A stretch of DNA of 43,803 bases, taken from an uncultured Candidatus Peribacteria bacterium. GTDB lineage: Bacteria; Patescibacteriota; Gracilibacteria; UBA4473. Under the pieces are notes generated by a model. It made no database searches. It saw only the letters and a list, made by a program, of their open reading frames with translations, and had not been told where the DNA came from. The DNA lies in the NCBI GenBank assembly GCA_964451885.1, contig CAYVJW010000002.1, positions 1 through 43,803 of the forward strand. Reading direction: 5' to 3'. Position numbers and translations under genes: made by a program. This document shows positions 25,024 through 33,306 of this stretch, piece by piece; positions within the stretch are counted from its first letter, which is position 1; each line of letters starts with the position of its first letter.

Positions 25024-26793
25024 TTAAAATTCCACCACCGCCCGAAAATCCGAATCAATCAAATCCTGTGGCCGTCCGATAGTATAGGTTTCAGCTGAAA
25101 AACGCCCCCCTTCTTCCGTGGAAATAGTTTCCATAAAGCTCGTTCGGCTTCTTCCCGGAGTTCCTACAAGCTGCAAGAAATAAGGCCTCCACTCATGGCT
25201 CCCGCGATTAACCTTGGTTTCATATTCAAGATGGATTTTTAGCCGGTCACCCGGAACGGCATACATAGGGATCTCAAAGACTTTAAATTTCAAATTGTCC
25301 GACATGGTTTCATTAATCCTTCCGGAAATATTTTTCTGAGAAATCAGCTTTGCATCTTTTGGGACATAAACTCTCAAGATAGTTCTATTTTGCCCTTCTC
25401 CCAATACCCACAAGAGATTCTCAGAGAGAAGGCTCTTTATGTTTTGGGGAAGTTCTTGTTCATTCAACAAATCAAAAAGTTCCGCCTCCCGGAGAGCATG
25501 CGTACGAACAATTTCCAATGAATTTTTTACCAATCCGTCCTTATAAATTTCGGAGTCATGCCAGATTCTCGTCCACATAAATTTCTCTGATTTATTGGCT
25601 CCGATCGACACAAAATCAAAGTTCAAAAAATTATCCGCTTTACTTTTTTGCTGGAGCCTCCCCGATATTTGCCACTTATCGAACAAATCTTGAAGGGCTC
25701 GGTCTTCTGAGTAGGCTAAAATATTTTTTTTGGAAAAAAACCGGGAAAAATTGAACCCCGCCAAGCGCTCAAAGGATAGTTTTTGAAGATTATCAAACGA
25801 AAAGAGTTTTTGAGCAAAATCCATTACCGGTTTTTTAACGGAAAAACGACCGCTGATCTTTGATTCGACAAGAAAACTCAACCCCACATCAAAATTATAT
25901 TCATCCAGCTCAATCCCCCATTCTTCAAACTTTATAGGGCCGGTAAGTTTAAGTATTTCCCCAATAAGGTTCAGATTTATGGCAATTACCGTATCGGGAG
26001 CTTTTTCTTCTATTGCAGAGAAAAACGATCGGTATTTTTGGGCGGAAATCGGGAAATCTGGCCAAAGGTTGGCATCCCGAAGAGAAATAATATTGGATAG
26101 ATCATGGAAAAAGTCAGGAGCCGGTAGTTCGGCTTCCGGGGGAACAAGCCGGTCAAAAGCATAAATGTCCTTCAAAAACCAGGTGATTTTTTCATGGGAA
26201 AAATCAATAACCGCAACATTCCCCACAAACCCTCCGGTTGAACGCGGTTCATTTTGGTTCTGCAGCAAAAAAAGGATTCGGCTCTCTTTTGCCACAAAAT
26301 TAAGAAATATTTTGTCGAGCTTCTTATGGTCTTCCAGTTTTCCGCGAACGGATTTGATTTTTTGTACTAATTTTATTCGTTGAAGCTTTTGATCCTCCGA
26401 AAGCAATAAATCCGGAAGCCCAATCAGATTTTTCTCAATCTTTAAAAGAGAATGATCTATGGACGCAATGTCAGAAAAAACTTGCAGAATTGTTTTTACA
26501 TCCATGGATTGCCCATCGGTTTCATGAATTTTTTGATTGATATCCTTAATTTTCACCGAAATTTTATTAACCGCCTCAAAAATATTCCGTATGGAAGTAA
26601 AAGGAAAAACAGGAGGAAGTTTTTTTGATCTTTCAAATGCAATCCCCCATTTTTCCGAGTTGATATTTTCGTCTTTCACTTCCTTCACAATACCGCTAAC
26701 TTCGGTTTTCCATTCCGGAAGCTTCCGATTTAAAACAGTAAAACTTCCCAGGAAGATTATGAAGACGGAAGAAAGGAGAAGGGAAAGCCTCAT
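25024..26793 (-). CDS. DUF4012-like membrane-anchored protein
   Basis: N-terminal TM helix and QNQNEPRSTGGFVGNVAVIDF, resembling the DUF4012 NNAE-R-TGGF-G motif recalled from memory. Confidence 0.6.
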   Translation of the reverse strand: MRLSLLLSSVFIIFLGSFTVLNRKLPEWKTEVSGIVKEVKDENINSEKWGIAFERSKKLPPVFPFTSIRNIFEAVNKISVKIKDINQKIHETDGQSMDVKTILQVFSDIASIDHSLLKIEKNLIGLPDLLLSEDQKLQRIKLVQKIKSVRGKLEDHKKLDKIFLNFVAKESRILFLLQNQNEPRSTGGFVGNVAVIDFSHEKITWFLKDIYAFDRLVPPEAELPAPDFFHDLSNIISLRDANLWPDFPISAQKYRSFFSAIEEKAPDTVIAINLNLIGEILKLTGPIKFEEWGIELDEYNFDVGLSFLVESKISGRFSVKKPVMDFAQKLFSFDNLQKLSFERLAGFNFSRFFSKKNILAYSEDRALQDLFDKWQISGRLQQKSKADNFLNFDFVSIGANKSEKFMWTRIWHDSEIYKDGLVKNSLEIVRTHALREAELFDLLNEQELPQNIKSLLSENLLWVLGEGQNRTILRVYVPKDAKLISQKNISGRINETMSDNLKFKVFEIPMYAVPGDRLKIHLEYETKVNRGSHEWRPYFLQLVGTPGRSRTSFMETISTEEGGRFSAETYTIGRPQDLIDSDFRAVVEF

Positions 26794-26799
26794 AGTTGA

Positions 26800-26820
26800 A
26801 AGTTTATAAAGTTTATAAAC
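26800..26820. repeat. nonamer words aaagtttat x2 (+aaa), a 21-nt stretch identical to 32575-32595
   Basis: Read directly. It lies in the DUF4012 gene leader but in the opposite orientation relative to that gene. Confidence 0.8.
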
Positions 26821-26881
26821 TTAATAAAGTTAATCCTTCAACTTTATGAACTTTATTTAATTTTTTTTATCCCTTAAAAAC

Positions 26882-28192
26882 TTAATTGTCTTTTTGATCA
26901 ATTCTAAACGGTACTTCCTCCGGAGCCTTAGGCACAGACTCCTGGCTTCCCTGAGCTGTATTCTTTGCCATAGGAAAAACCTCTTTTTCAACTTCTTCTT
27001 GATTTACTTTTATTTCAAATTTTTCAATCCCCTGGTCTTCAGAAAGGTTTGGAATTCTATTTTTTTGAAGTTCAGCCAAGCGAGGCAGGACATCCATTTC
27101 AGCCTTTGCAAGGGAGGTATTTGGGATTTTATAATCAATCCCGTTTAGGACAATTTCTCCATCAAAAATTTCTTTTAATTGTTGGGTATTTGGGCCGCTT
27201 GAAGAAGACACCCGGATTTTCACCAGTATTTCTTTGGAAGTTTCCAGAAATACAACGATCAGGTCAGAACCCTTAACATGTCTTAATAAGCCGTTGGTTA
27301 AATCCGTTACATCTTCTGGAGCAGCTTTGGCTGCGCAGAAATCATTATGAGAGACATTTGCCCAGGAGATATGGTGAACAGGATCAAATTCAAGATTATT
27401 CAATATCGTTCCCCAAATTTTCAGTGCCGGGAGGGTCTTCATTTTGAACAAATGTTCGATAATATCGGAATGCTTCGCTCCAATTTTTTGTAAAGCCCCT
27501 GCAACTTCCAGGGCATTGGCGGTCGTTGCTGGTTCCAGAAAACTTTCTGTCGTTGAGATGATCCCGGCTAAGAGAATAGTAGCCAGATCTACATCGAAAA
27601 ATTTAGAAAATTCAGCCTCATTTAGAAGCCACTGCGATATGAGTTCACAGGTTGAAGACTTGGCAATATCCACCATATTTATTTTTCCGAAAAACTCATT
27701 TGAAGAACAAGCGGAAATATTAGCAATAGGGGCTGCTGCGAAAAACTCTGTATTATTCCGGAAAATATCCTCCAGGCCTTCCAGGTTTGGAGTATTTAAA
27801 ACAATAACCAGATCAAATTGATTTAGTGTTTTCCGGAAAGAAATATCATCTGTGGAAATATGCCCGTTTTTGGGGGAAACAATGATATCTGTCGAATTTT
27901 CTTCAATAATATATTCGATATTATCAATGTCCTCTTTTCCCTTTGCGATAGAAATGACCAAGTCGCCCTTTTCTTCCAGCTCTCTTTTTATTAAATCGAC
28001 CCCCTTCAAAAAGTTATATTTGGGACAAACAGCCACCGGCTTTATAGCCGCAACCTTTTTTCCCAAACGAGTAAGGAGCATCTGCAGGGCAAGCATCGCA
28101 CAAACCCCATCCCCGGTGAATTTATCCCCCGTTGTCAGTAGAATTTTTTGACTTCTCTGTATCCAGGCGGAAAGTTGTTTTTGAGGTAACAT
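26882..28192 (-). CDS. DHH/DHHA1-like (NrnA-like) protein with substituted catalytic motifs
   Basis: Collinear with NrnA motifs: ILLTTGDKFTGDGVCA vs HRHVRPDPDAYGS, LVIVLNTPN vs LVIVCDTAN, ANISACSSNEFFG vs KIDHHPNEDPYG, and AGIISTTESF vs AGIVGDTGRF. Confidence 0.55.
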   Translation of the reverse strand: MLPQKQLSAWIQRSQKILLTTGDKFTGDGVCAMLALQMLLTRLGKKVAAIKPVAVCPKYNFLKGVDLIKRELEEKGDLVISIAKGKEDIDNIEYIIEENSTDIIVSPKNGHISTDDISFRKTLNQFDLVIVLNTPNLEGLEDIFRNNTEFFAAAPIANISACSSNEFFGKINMVDIAKSSTCELISQWLLNEAEFSKFFDVDLATILLAGIISTTESFLEPATTANALEVAGALQKIGAKHSDIIEHLFKMKTLPALKIWGTILNNLEFDPVHHISWANVSHNDFCAAKAAPEDVTDLTNGLLRHVKGSDLIVVFLETSKEILVKIRVSSSSGPNTQQLKEIFDGEIVLNGIDYKIPNTSLAKAEMDVLPRLAELQKNRIPNLSEDQGIEKFEIKVNQEEVEKEVFPMAKNTAQGSQESVPKAPEEVPFRIDQKDN

Positions 28193-28307
28193 GTTTTTGA
28201 TTATAAATTGACAAAATATTCAATTTAGTGTTTTATTTTAAACTATAATAACCCAATTGTCAACAGGAAAATGTGTGATTTCGCATATTTCTCTTTAAGA
28301 TTCAACA

Positions 28308-29195
28308 ATGAAACAGATTTTTCCCATCGCCGACACTCACTCCCACACTTACTTTCCCGCCCTTGATAAATTTCGGGAAACAGCAATTAAACATGCGGAA
28401 GAAGCGGGCGTCTGTCTGCAAGTTCAAGTGGGGTGCGATGAGGTTTCTTCCTTAGCGGCGCTGGAGCTAGCTAAAAAACATAAAAACCATTATTCCTCCT
28501 TGGGATTGCATCCTACTGATGTTCAAAATTTGGGCAAGCCACAAGCTCATCGGATTTCCGGATTCGAAAATTACAAGCTGCAGGCTCATAATCTCGACGA
28601 ATTGATCGCCTGGTTTGAAAAAATTTTTCAAGAAAATAAGGACAAGATCGTCGCATATGGGGAAACCGGATTTGATTTTTACCATGCTGATTCTCCAGAA
28701 TTAAGAAAGCAGCAAGAGGCTTCTTTTTTACGCCACATAGAACTGGCGGATAAATACAACCGAGCGCTTATTATTCACACGCGTTCGGCCAGGGAAGAAA
28801 CACTGCATTTTCTCGAGAAATACAAGAAGATGTTTTATTACTCGAATAATAAGGAAAAAATGCGTGGCGTAATCCATTGTTTTACGGAAGACACAGATTT
28901 TGCAGAAATTGTTACTCAAAAATACGGATTTTTTATCGGAATAGGAGGAATCGCCACTTATCCGAAAGCCGAAAGCATTCGGGCGGCAATAAAAGCCACG
29001 CCGATAGAATTTCTCGTAACCGAAACAGACGCACCGTTTTTGGTTCCCCGGTTATTTAAAAATCGAGGAAGGAGAACCAATGAGTCGGCATTTTTAACGG
29101 AAGTGGTGGAATTAATTGCTGATTTGAAGGAGATGGTAGTTGAAGATGCGGCGGAGATGATGTTGGAGAATGCAAGAAAATTGTTTAACATGTAA
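28308..29195 (+). CDS. tatD: TatD-family metal-dependent hydrolase/DNase
   Basis: ADTHSHTYF, GETGFDFYH, IIHTRSA, VIHCFT and ETDAPFL motifs. Confidence 0.88.
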   Translation: MKQIFPIADTHSHTYFPALDKFRETAIKHAEEAGVCLQVQVGCDEVSSLAALELAKKHKNHYSSLGLHPTDVQNLGKPQAHRISGFENYKLQAHNLDELIAWFEKIFQENKDKIVAYGETGFDFYHADSPELRKQQEASFLRHIELADKYNRALIIHTRSAREETLHFLEKYKKMFYYSNNKEKMRGVIHCFTEDTDFAEIVTQKYGFFIGIGGIATYPKAESIRAAIKATPIEFLVTETDAPFLVPRLFKNRGRRTNESAFLTEVVELIADLKEMVVEDAAEMMLENARKLFNM

Positions 29196-29267
29196 TTTTT
29201 CCATTGATAATTGGCAATTGACCGAAGGTCTTGAGCTTTGTCGAAAGGTGATTCATAATTGATTTTG
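29196..29267 (+). repeat. 72-nt leader module homologous to 8086-8157
   Basis: See feature 8086-8157. Both intergenic spacers are exactly 72 nt and end in ataattgatt(c/t)tgATG. Confidence 0.7.
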
Positions 29268-30335
29268 ATGATAGTCGAAGAAAAGACCTCCCAAGCTTCC
29301 AAAAAAAACTCTATAATCACCTCATCTTCCTCAGACGAAGCAGAAATATTCGAAAACAAGCTTCGCCCGCGTTCTTTTGACGAATACGTCGGACAAAATG
29401 AAGTCAAAGGAAATCTAATCGTCTTTTGTAAGGCCGCAAAAAAGAGGGAAGAGCCACTGGATCATTCTCTTTTTTACGGTCCGCCGGGACTTGGAAAAAC
29501 AACACTGGCAATGATCCTGGCCTCGGAAATGGGGACAAATTTGCGTATTACTTCCGGTCCAGCGCTTGAAAAACCGGGAGATTTGGCGGCAATTTTGACA
29601 AACCTAAAAGAACATGATCTTTTATTCATCGATGAAATTCATCGCTTACGCAGTCCGGTAGAAGAGATACTGTATTCAGCGATGGAGGATTTCGCCATTG
29701 ATTTGGTCGTAGGGAAAGGTCCCTCTGCTCGGACAATGCGCCTGAATATCCCTAAATTTACGCTTGTGGGAGCTACTACAAAAGCTTCCATGCTCGCCAA
29801 CCCGCTTCGTGATCGGTTTGGACATGTGGAAAAACTAAGATACTACACCCCAGAAGAAATTCAGCAGATTCTGGAAAGGACTGCCGGTATTCTCGAGGTA
29901 AAAATAGAAAAAGATGCCGCTCAAAAACTCTCCCATTGTTCCCGAAAAACGCCTCGTGTAGCCAATCGATTACTCAGGCGAATGCGGGATTTTGCGGAAA
30001 TTTTGCATGATGGAGCAATTACGGAAAAAGTAGTGGCAAAGGGGCTCGGGGATTTGTCGGTAGATCACCGGGGTTTGGATTATTCCGATCAGGAATACAT
30101 AAAAGCTTTGTGTGAAAAATTTTCCGGCGGGCCGGTAGGGCTTTCCACCATTGCCGCAGCCATTGGAGAAGACGAAAATACCGTAGAGGAAATGATTGAA
30201 CCGTTCCTCATTCAGGAAGGATTATTACAAAAAACACCGAGAGGGAGGATGGTGACGGAGGTGGCGTTTGAGCATTTGGGGCTACCGATAAGGGGAAGCA
30301 GTGGCTCATCGCAGAATTTGGAATTGGGTCTGTAG
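29268..30335 (+). CDS. ruvB: Holliday junction branch-migration helicase RuvB. ATG at 29268.
   Basis: [23 protein letters not shown] (Walker A), LFIDEIHRL (Walker B) and the [11 protein letters not shown] arginine region. Confidence 0.95.
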   Translation: MIVEEKTSQASKKNSIITSSSSDEAEIFENKLRPRSFDEYVGQNEVKGNLIVFCKAAKKREEPLDHSLFYGPPGLGKTTLAMILASEMGTNLRITSGPALEKPGDLAAILTNLKEHDLLFIDEIHRLRSPVEEILYSAMEDFAIDLVVGKGPSARTMRLNIPKFTLVGATTKASMLANPLRDRFGHVEKLRYYTPEEIQQILERTAGILEVKIEKDAAQKLSHCSRKTPRVANRLLRRMRDFAEILHDGAITEKVVAKGLGDLSVDHRGLDYSDQEYIKALCEKFSGGPVGLSTIAAAIGEDENTVEEMIEPFLIQEGLLQKTPRGRMVTEVAFEHLGLPIRGSSGSSQNLELGL

Positions 30336-30521
30336 GGGTGCCCCTTGTGGGTACCCAATCACAACACAGGGCAACCACAAAAAATACAGGGCAACTACTA
30401 GGGATTGCCCCTACTATTTAAAAATTGCACTGATGCAAGATAGAGACAATGGATCAGCATGGGGAGAGTTAAGAAAACATAGTTTGCGAGCTGCCAGCTT
30501 GGATAGCTGACAGCCTGTGTG

Positions 30522-30701
30522 TTACGAGGCTGTGTTAAGCCTTTTTTTCGGGGATCGGAGCATACAATGGCCAGCGAAAACAGTTCCCGATAACTTCCAG
30601 GAAAATGGATAAGCTCCCAGTGCATCGGTCCAGATGCCGACAAACCCCAATACAATGAGTGCTCCGAGAATCCAAAGTGTTATTCGTCTTTCTATACACA
30701 T
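30522..30701 (-). CDS. possible 59-aa hydrophobic peptide (MCIERRITLWILGALIVLGFVGIWTD...)
   Basis: ORF inside a G+C-rich noncoding island. It has one TM helix. It starts 26 nt after the argS terminator U-run, with no visible promoter or RBS. Confidence 0.2.
   Translation of the reverse strand: MCIERRITLWILGALIVLGFVGIWTDALGAYPFSWKLSGTVFAGHCMLRSPKKRLNTAS
30527..30548 (+). terminator. intrinsic terminator-like hairpin (aggct-gtgtta-agcct + T6) ~200 nt downstream of the ruvB stop
   Basis: 5-bp stem and 6-nt loop, with T-run at 30543-30548. Its 5' arm is shared with the alternative hairpin 30511-30532. Confidence 0.45.
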
Positions 30702-30726
30702 GACATGTACCCCTATTCGATTGTGT

Positions 30727-30761
30727 AAAAAAACAGCAGCCTCGTGTGTAGCAGGGGGCTG
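30727..30761 (-). terminator. argS terminator hairpin followed by U7 on the minus strand
   Basis: The cagcctc / ggggctg stem spans 30737-43 and 30755-61 and includes one G-T pair. The A7 run on the plus strand at 30727-30733 reads as U7 after the hairpin on the minus strand. Confidence 0.5.
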
Positions 30762-30835
30762 TCTTTTCACAACAGTGATTGATAGACCTACAAACTATAG
30801 ATTAGACACTATAACCAAAAAAGCGATTTTGTCAA

Positions 30836-32566
30836 CTACATTTTCTCCGGAACCTCAATCCCCAAAACCCCAAGCCCCGCCTCCAATACTTCAAATACCT
30901 TTTTCGCCAACACCAATCGGGCCAGTTTTAACTCCTCCGTTTCCGCATTCAAAACAGAATGTTCTGCATAATAACTAGACCACACTTGTGCTAATTCCAG
31001 CAAATAAGTCACAACATAAGTCGGATTTTTTGTCTCTGCGGCGCGATTCAACACCTTGTCATACTCTAAAATTTTCACTCCCAGGGGTTTTTCTGGTTCA
31101 CCAAGTTGGTGCTCAAAACCCCCCTCTCCTCGAGCCTGAGCGACCTCGGAGCCGATGGCAATCCCCCCTTGACAGGGGGGAAGCTCGGTTTCTGCTTTTC
31201 GGAAGATTGATTTCAGCCTTACTCCCGCATACTGCAAATACGGCCCTGTCGATCCCTCGAAAGCGATAGATTTTTGCGGCTCAAAGGTTATGGCTTTTCG
31301 CGGGCTGGTGGTGAGCAAATAAAACTTCCAGGCCGCATTCATGATCTGCTCAGCAATGATTTTGGCCTCTTTTACGGGAGTCTCGGGGTTTCGTTTTTTT
31401 ATTGCTACCAAGGCCAAGTCCGAAAGCTCGTCCATTAGTTCGTCGGCATCCACAACCGTCCCCTCCCGGGATTTCATTCGCCCTTCGGGAAGATTTACAA
31501 GGCCATAGCTTAGATGAAACAGGTTCTCCGGTTTAAGTAGTTTTAATTTCTCAAGACAGAGGAAAAGGACTTTAAAATGATAATTTTGTTCATCGGCCAC
31601 AATCCAAATTTGTTGGTCGGGATTGAACTCTTTTTGTTTTATCAAAGTTGTAGCCAGGTCCTGTGTCATATAAACCGCTGTCCCGTTTGACCGAAGAAGT
31701 ACTTTTTCATCCAAGCCATCATCTGTTAAATCAATGATAATCGCTCCATCTTTTTTCTTTAAAATCCCCTTTTTTAGCCCCTCCATTACATATTCTTTTC
31801 CGAATTTATACAGATCAGATTCAAAATACTCCTTATTAAACTTTATTCCCTGACGTGCATATGTTTTATGATATCCGGCAAATGCCCACTCATTCATTAT
31901 TTTCCAAAGGGCTAGAACTTCCGGATTCTCATTTTCCCATTCTACGAGCATTTTTTGGGCTTCTTCTCCCATTTTTGGATCTTTCTTTGATTCGATATCA
32001 AACTTTACATAATAATCACCTACAAAATGATCGCTTTTTTGGCCTTTAGATTCAGGAGTCTCATCATTTCCATATTTCTGATAAGCCAGCATTGATTTAC
32101 ATATATGAACGCCGCGATCATTAAAAATAGCCAGTCGAAAAACTTTTGCACCAACTGCCTCAAGTAAATTACTGAGTGAAATCCCCAAGGCATGGTTTCT
32201 CATATGCCCTAAATGCAAAGGTTTATTGGTATTCGGACTTGAAAATTCAACAATTATTTTTTTGTCTGCTAAAAAATTCGAAACTAAAGGGGCTTCTAGC
32301 ACTTTATTAAAAAAAACTTCATTTGAGAAAAATAGATTCAAATACGGTCCAACTATTTCTGTTTTTTCTATTTCCGGGCATTTTGTTAAAATTTTGGCAA
32401 CTTCTGAGGCAATTTCAGGAGGAGTTTTTTTGAATTCTTTTGTGAGGACAAAAAAGGCCGCAGCTAGGTCTCCCTTTTGCCCTTTCGGTACAGGAGAGAA
32501 TTGGATTTTTGAGACATAGTCTGCTTTCCAATTTTTTGAGAGAAATCTTAAGATTGATTTTTCCAT
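30836..32566 (-). CDS. argS: arginyl-tRNA synthetase. The ATG at 32566 is preferred over the GTG at 32569.
   Basis: SSPNTNKPLHLGHMRN (HIGH region), the MKSREG region, and a C-terminal DALR-type anticodon-binding domain (TYLLELAQVWSSYY). Confidence 0.93.
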   Translation of the reverse strand: MEKSILRFLSKNWKADYVSKIQFSPVPKGQKGDLAAAFFVLTKEFKKTPPEIASEVAKILTKCPEIEKTEIVGPYLNLFFSNEVFFNKVLEAPLVSNFLADKKIIVEFSSPNTNKPLHLGHMRNHALGISLSNLLEAVGAKVFRLAIFNDRGVHICKSMLAYQKYGNDETPESKGQKSDHFVGDYYVKFDIESKKDPKMGEEAQKMLVEWENENPEVLALWKIMNEWAFAGYHKTYARQGIKFNKEYFESDLYKFGKEYVMEGLKKGILKKKDGAIIIDLTDDGLDEKVLLRSNGTAVYMTQDLATTLIKQKEFNPDQQIWIVADEQNYHFKVLFLCLEKLKLLKPENLFHLSYGLVNLPEGRMKSREGTVVDADELMDELSDLALVAIKKRNPETPVKEAKIIAEQIMNAAWKFYLLTTSPRKAITFEPQKSIAFEGSTGPYLQYAGVRLKSIFRKAETELPPCQGGIAIGSEVAQARGEGGFEHQLGEPEKPLGVKILEYDKVLNRAAETKNPTYVVTYLLELAQVWSSYYAEHSVLNAETEELKLARLVLAKKVFEVLEAGLGVLGIEVPEKM

Positions 32567-32574
32567 CACACAGA

Positions 32575-32616
32575 AAAGTTTATAAAGTTTATAAAGTTCG
32601 TAAAGTTTATAAAGTA
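32575..32616 (+). repeat. tandem nonamer array (aaagtttat, aaagtttat, aaagttcgt, aaagtttat, aaagta) abutting the trpG/pabA ATG
   Basis: Read directly. It fills almost the whole 47-50 nt divergent argS-trpG spacer. Confidence 0.85.
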
Positions 32617-33207
32617 ATGAGCCTTAAATTCAAAAAAATCTGTATCATCGATAACTACGACTCTTTTACCTATAATCTGGCGGATTATTTTCGTCGACTA
32701 GATTGCTTCGTCACCATTTATCTAAATGATATAGAGACTAGTAAGATTGATGAATGTGAACCAGAACTGATCGTCATCTCACCAGGTCCCTCGGCCCCAA
32801 AAAAATCCGGAAATTTAATGAAAATCATAGACAAATATCACCGAAAATATCCCATGTTCGGAGTATGTCTGGGGCATCAGGCTTTTATCGAATACTTCGG
32901 AGGAAGCTTGAAATTTGTAAAACCGGTCCATGGAAAATCCACAAAAATACATCATGACGGGAAAACTATTTTTTCAGAACTCAGTCAGGATTTTTTAGGA
33001 GGGCGGTATCATTCTTTAGCTGCTGACAAAGTGCCGGACTGTTTTGAGATTTCCGCTACCAGCGAAGGAATAATAATGGCCGTCCGCCATAAACATTTTC
33101 CCATAGAAGGGGTACAATTTCACCCGGAGTCAATCTTGACTACAAAAGGACAAAACGGGTTTCGGATGATTGAAAATGTAGTGAATAAAAATATTATTAC
33201 AAAATAA
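32617..33207 (+). CDS. class I glutamine amidotransferase, anthranilate/aminodeoxychorismate synthase component II type
   Basis: IIDNYDSFTYNL, ISPGPSAP, FGVCLGHQ (catalytic Cys) and QFHPES motifs. Start at ATG 32617. Confidence 0.85.
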   Translation: MSLKFKKICIIDNYDSFTYNLADYFRRLDCFVTIYLNDIETSKIDECEPELIVISPGPSAPKKSGNLMKIIDKYHRKYPMFGVCLGHQAFIEYFGGSLKFVKPVHGKSTKIHHDGKTIFSELSQDFLGGRYHSLAADKVPDCFEISATSEGIIMAVRHKHFPIEGVQFHPESILTTKGQNGFRMIENVVNKNIITK

Positions 33208-33209
33208 AG

Positions 33210-33238
33210 TTGACAAAGCGTAAACACTGAGATATTGT
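33210..33238 (+). promoter_or_regulatory. candidate promoter ttgaca-17-tattgt
   Basis: ttgaca at 33210-33215, tattgt at 33233-33238, about 70 nt upstream of ORF 33307. Confidence 0.35.
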
Positions 33239-33306
33239 ATCGATAAATAAAAAGAAATAACAAATGAACTGCATTAAGCAGTTCTTTATATTTTTTATTA
33301 ATTCTA

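Noticed and set aside
30336-30560. tmRNA / RNase P RNA / SRP RNA / 6S RNA in the ruvB-argS island (the region starts with GGGGUG)
   Set aside because: There is no tRNA-like 3' end (GGTTCGAATCC...CCA), no RNase P AGGAAAGUCC-type core, and no SRP GGAA/AGCAGCC domain IV motif on either strand. The region remains unassigned, not identified.
30634-30978. 114-aa plus-strand ORF spanning the argS 3' end
   Set aside because: It is antisense to the argS C-terminus, has Pro-rich low-complexity composition, and crosses the argS terminator. It is most likely spurious.
32509-32616. N-terminal extension of the trpG/pabA ORF (…KVYKVYKVRKVYKV)
   Set aside because: The YKV repeats are simply the translated nonamer DNA array. 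The extension would also overlap the argS start. Amidotransferase homology begins at the ATG at 32617.
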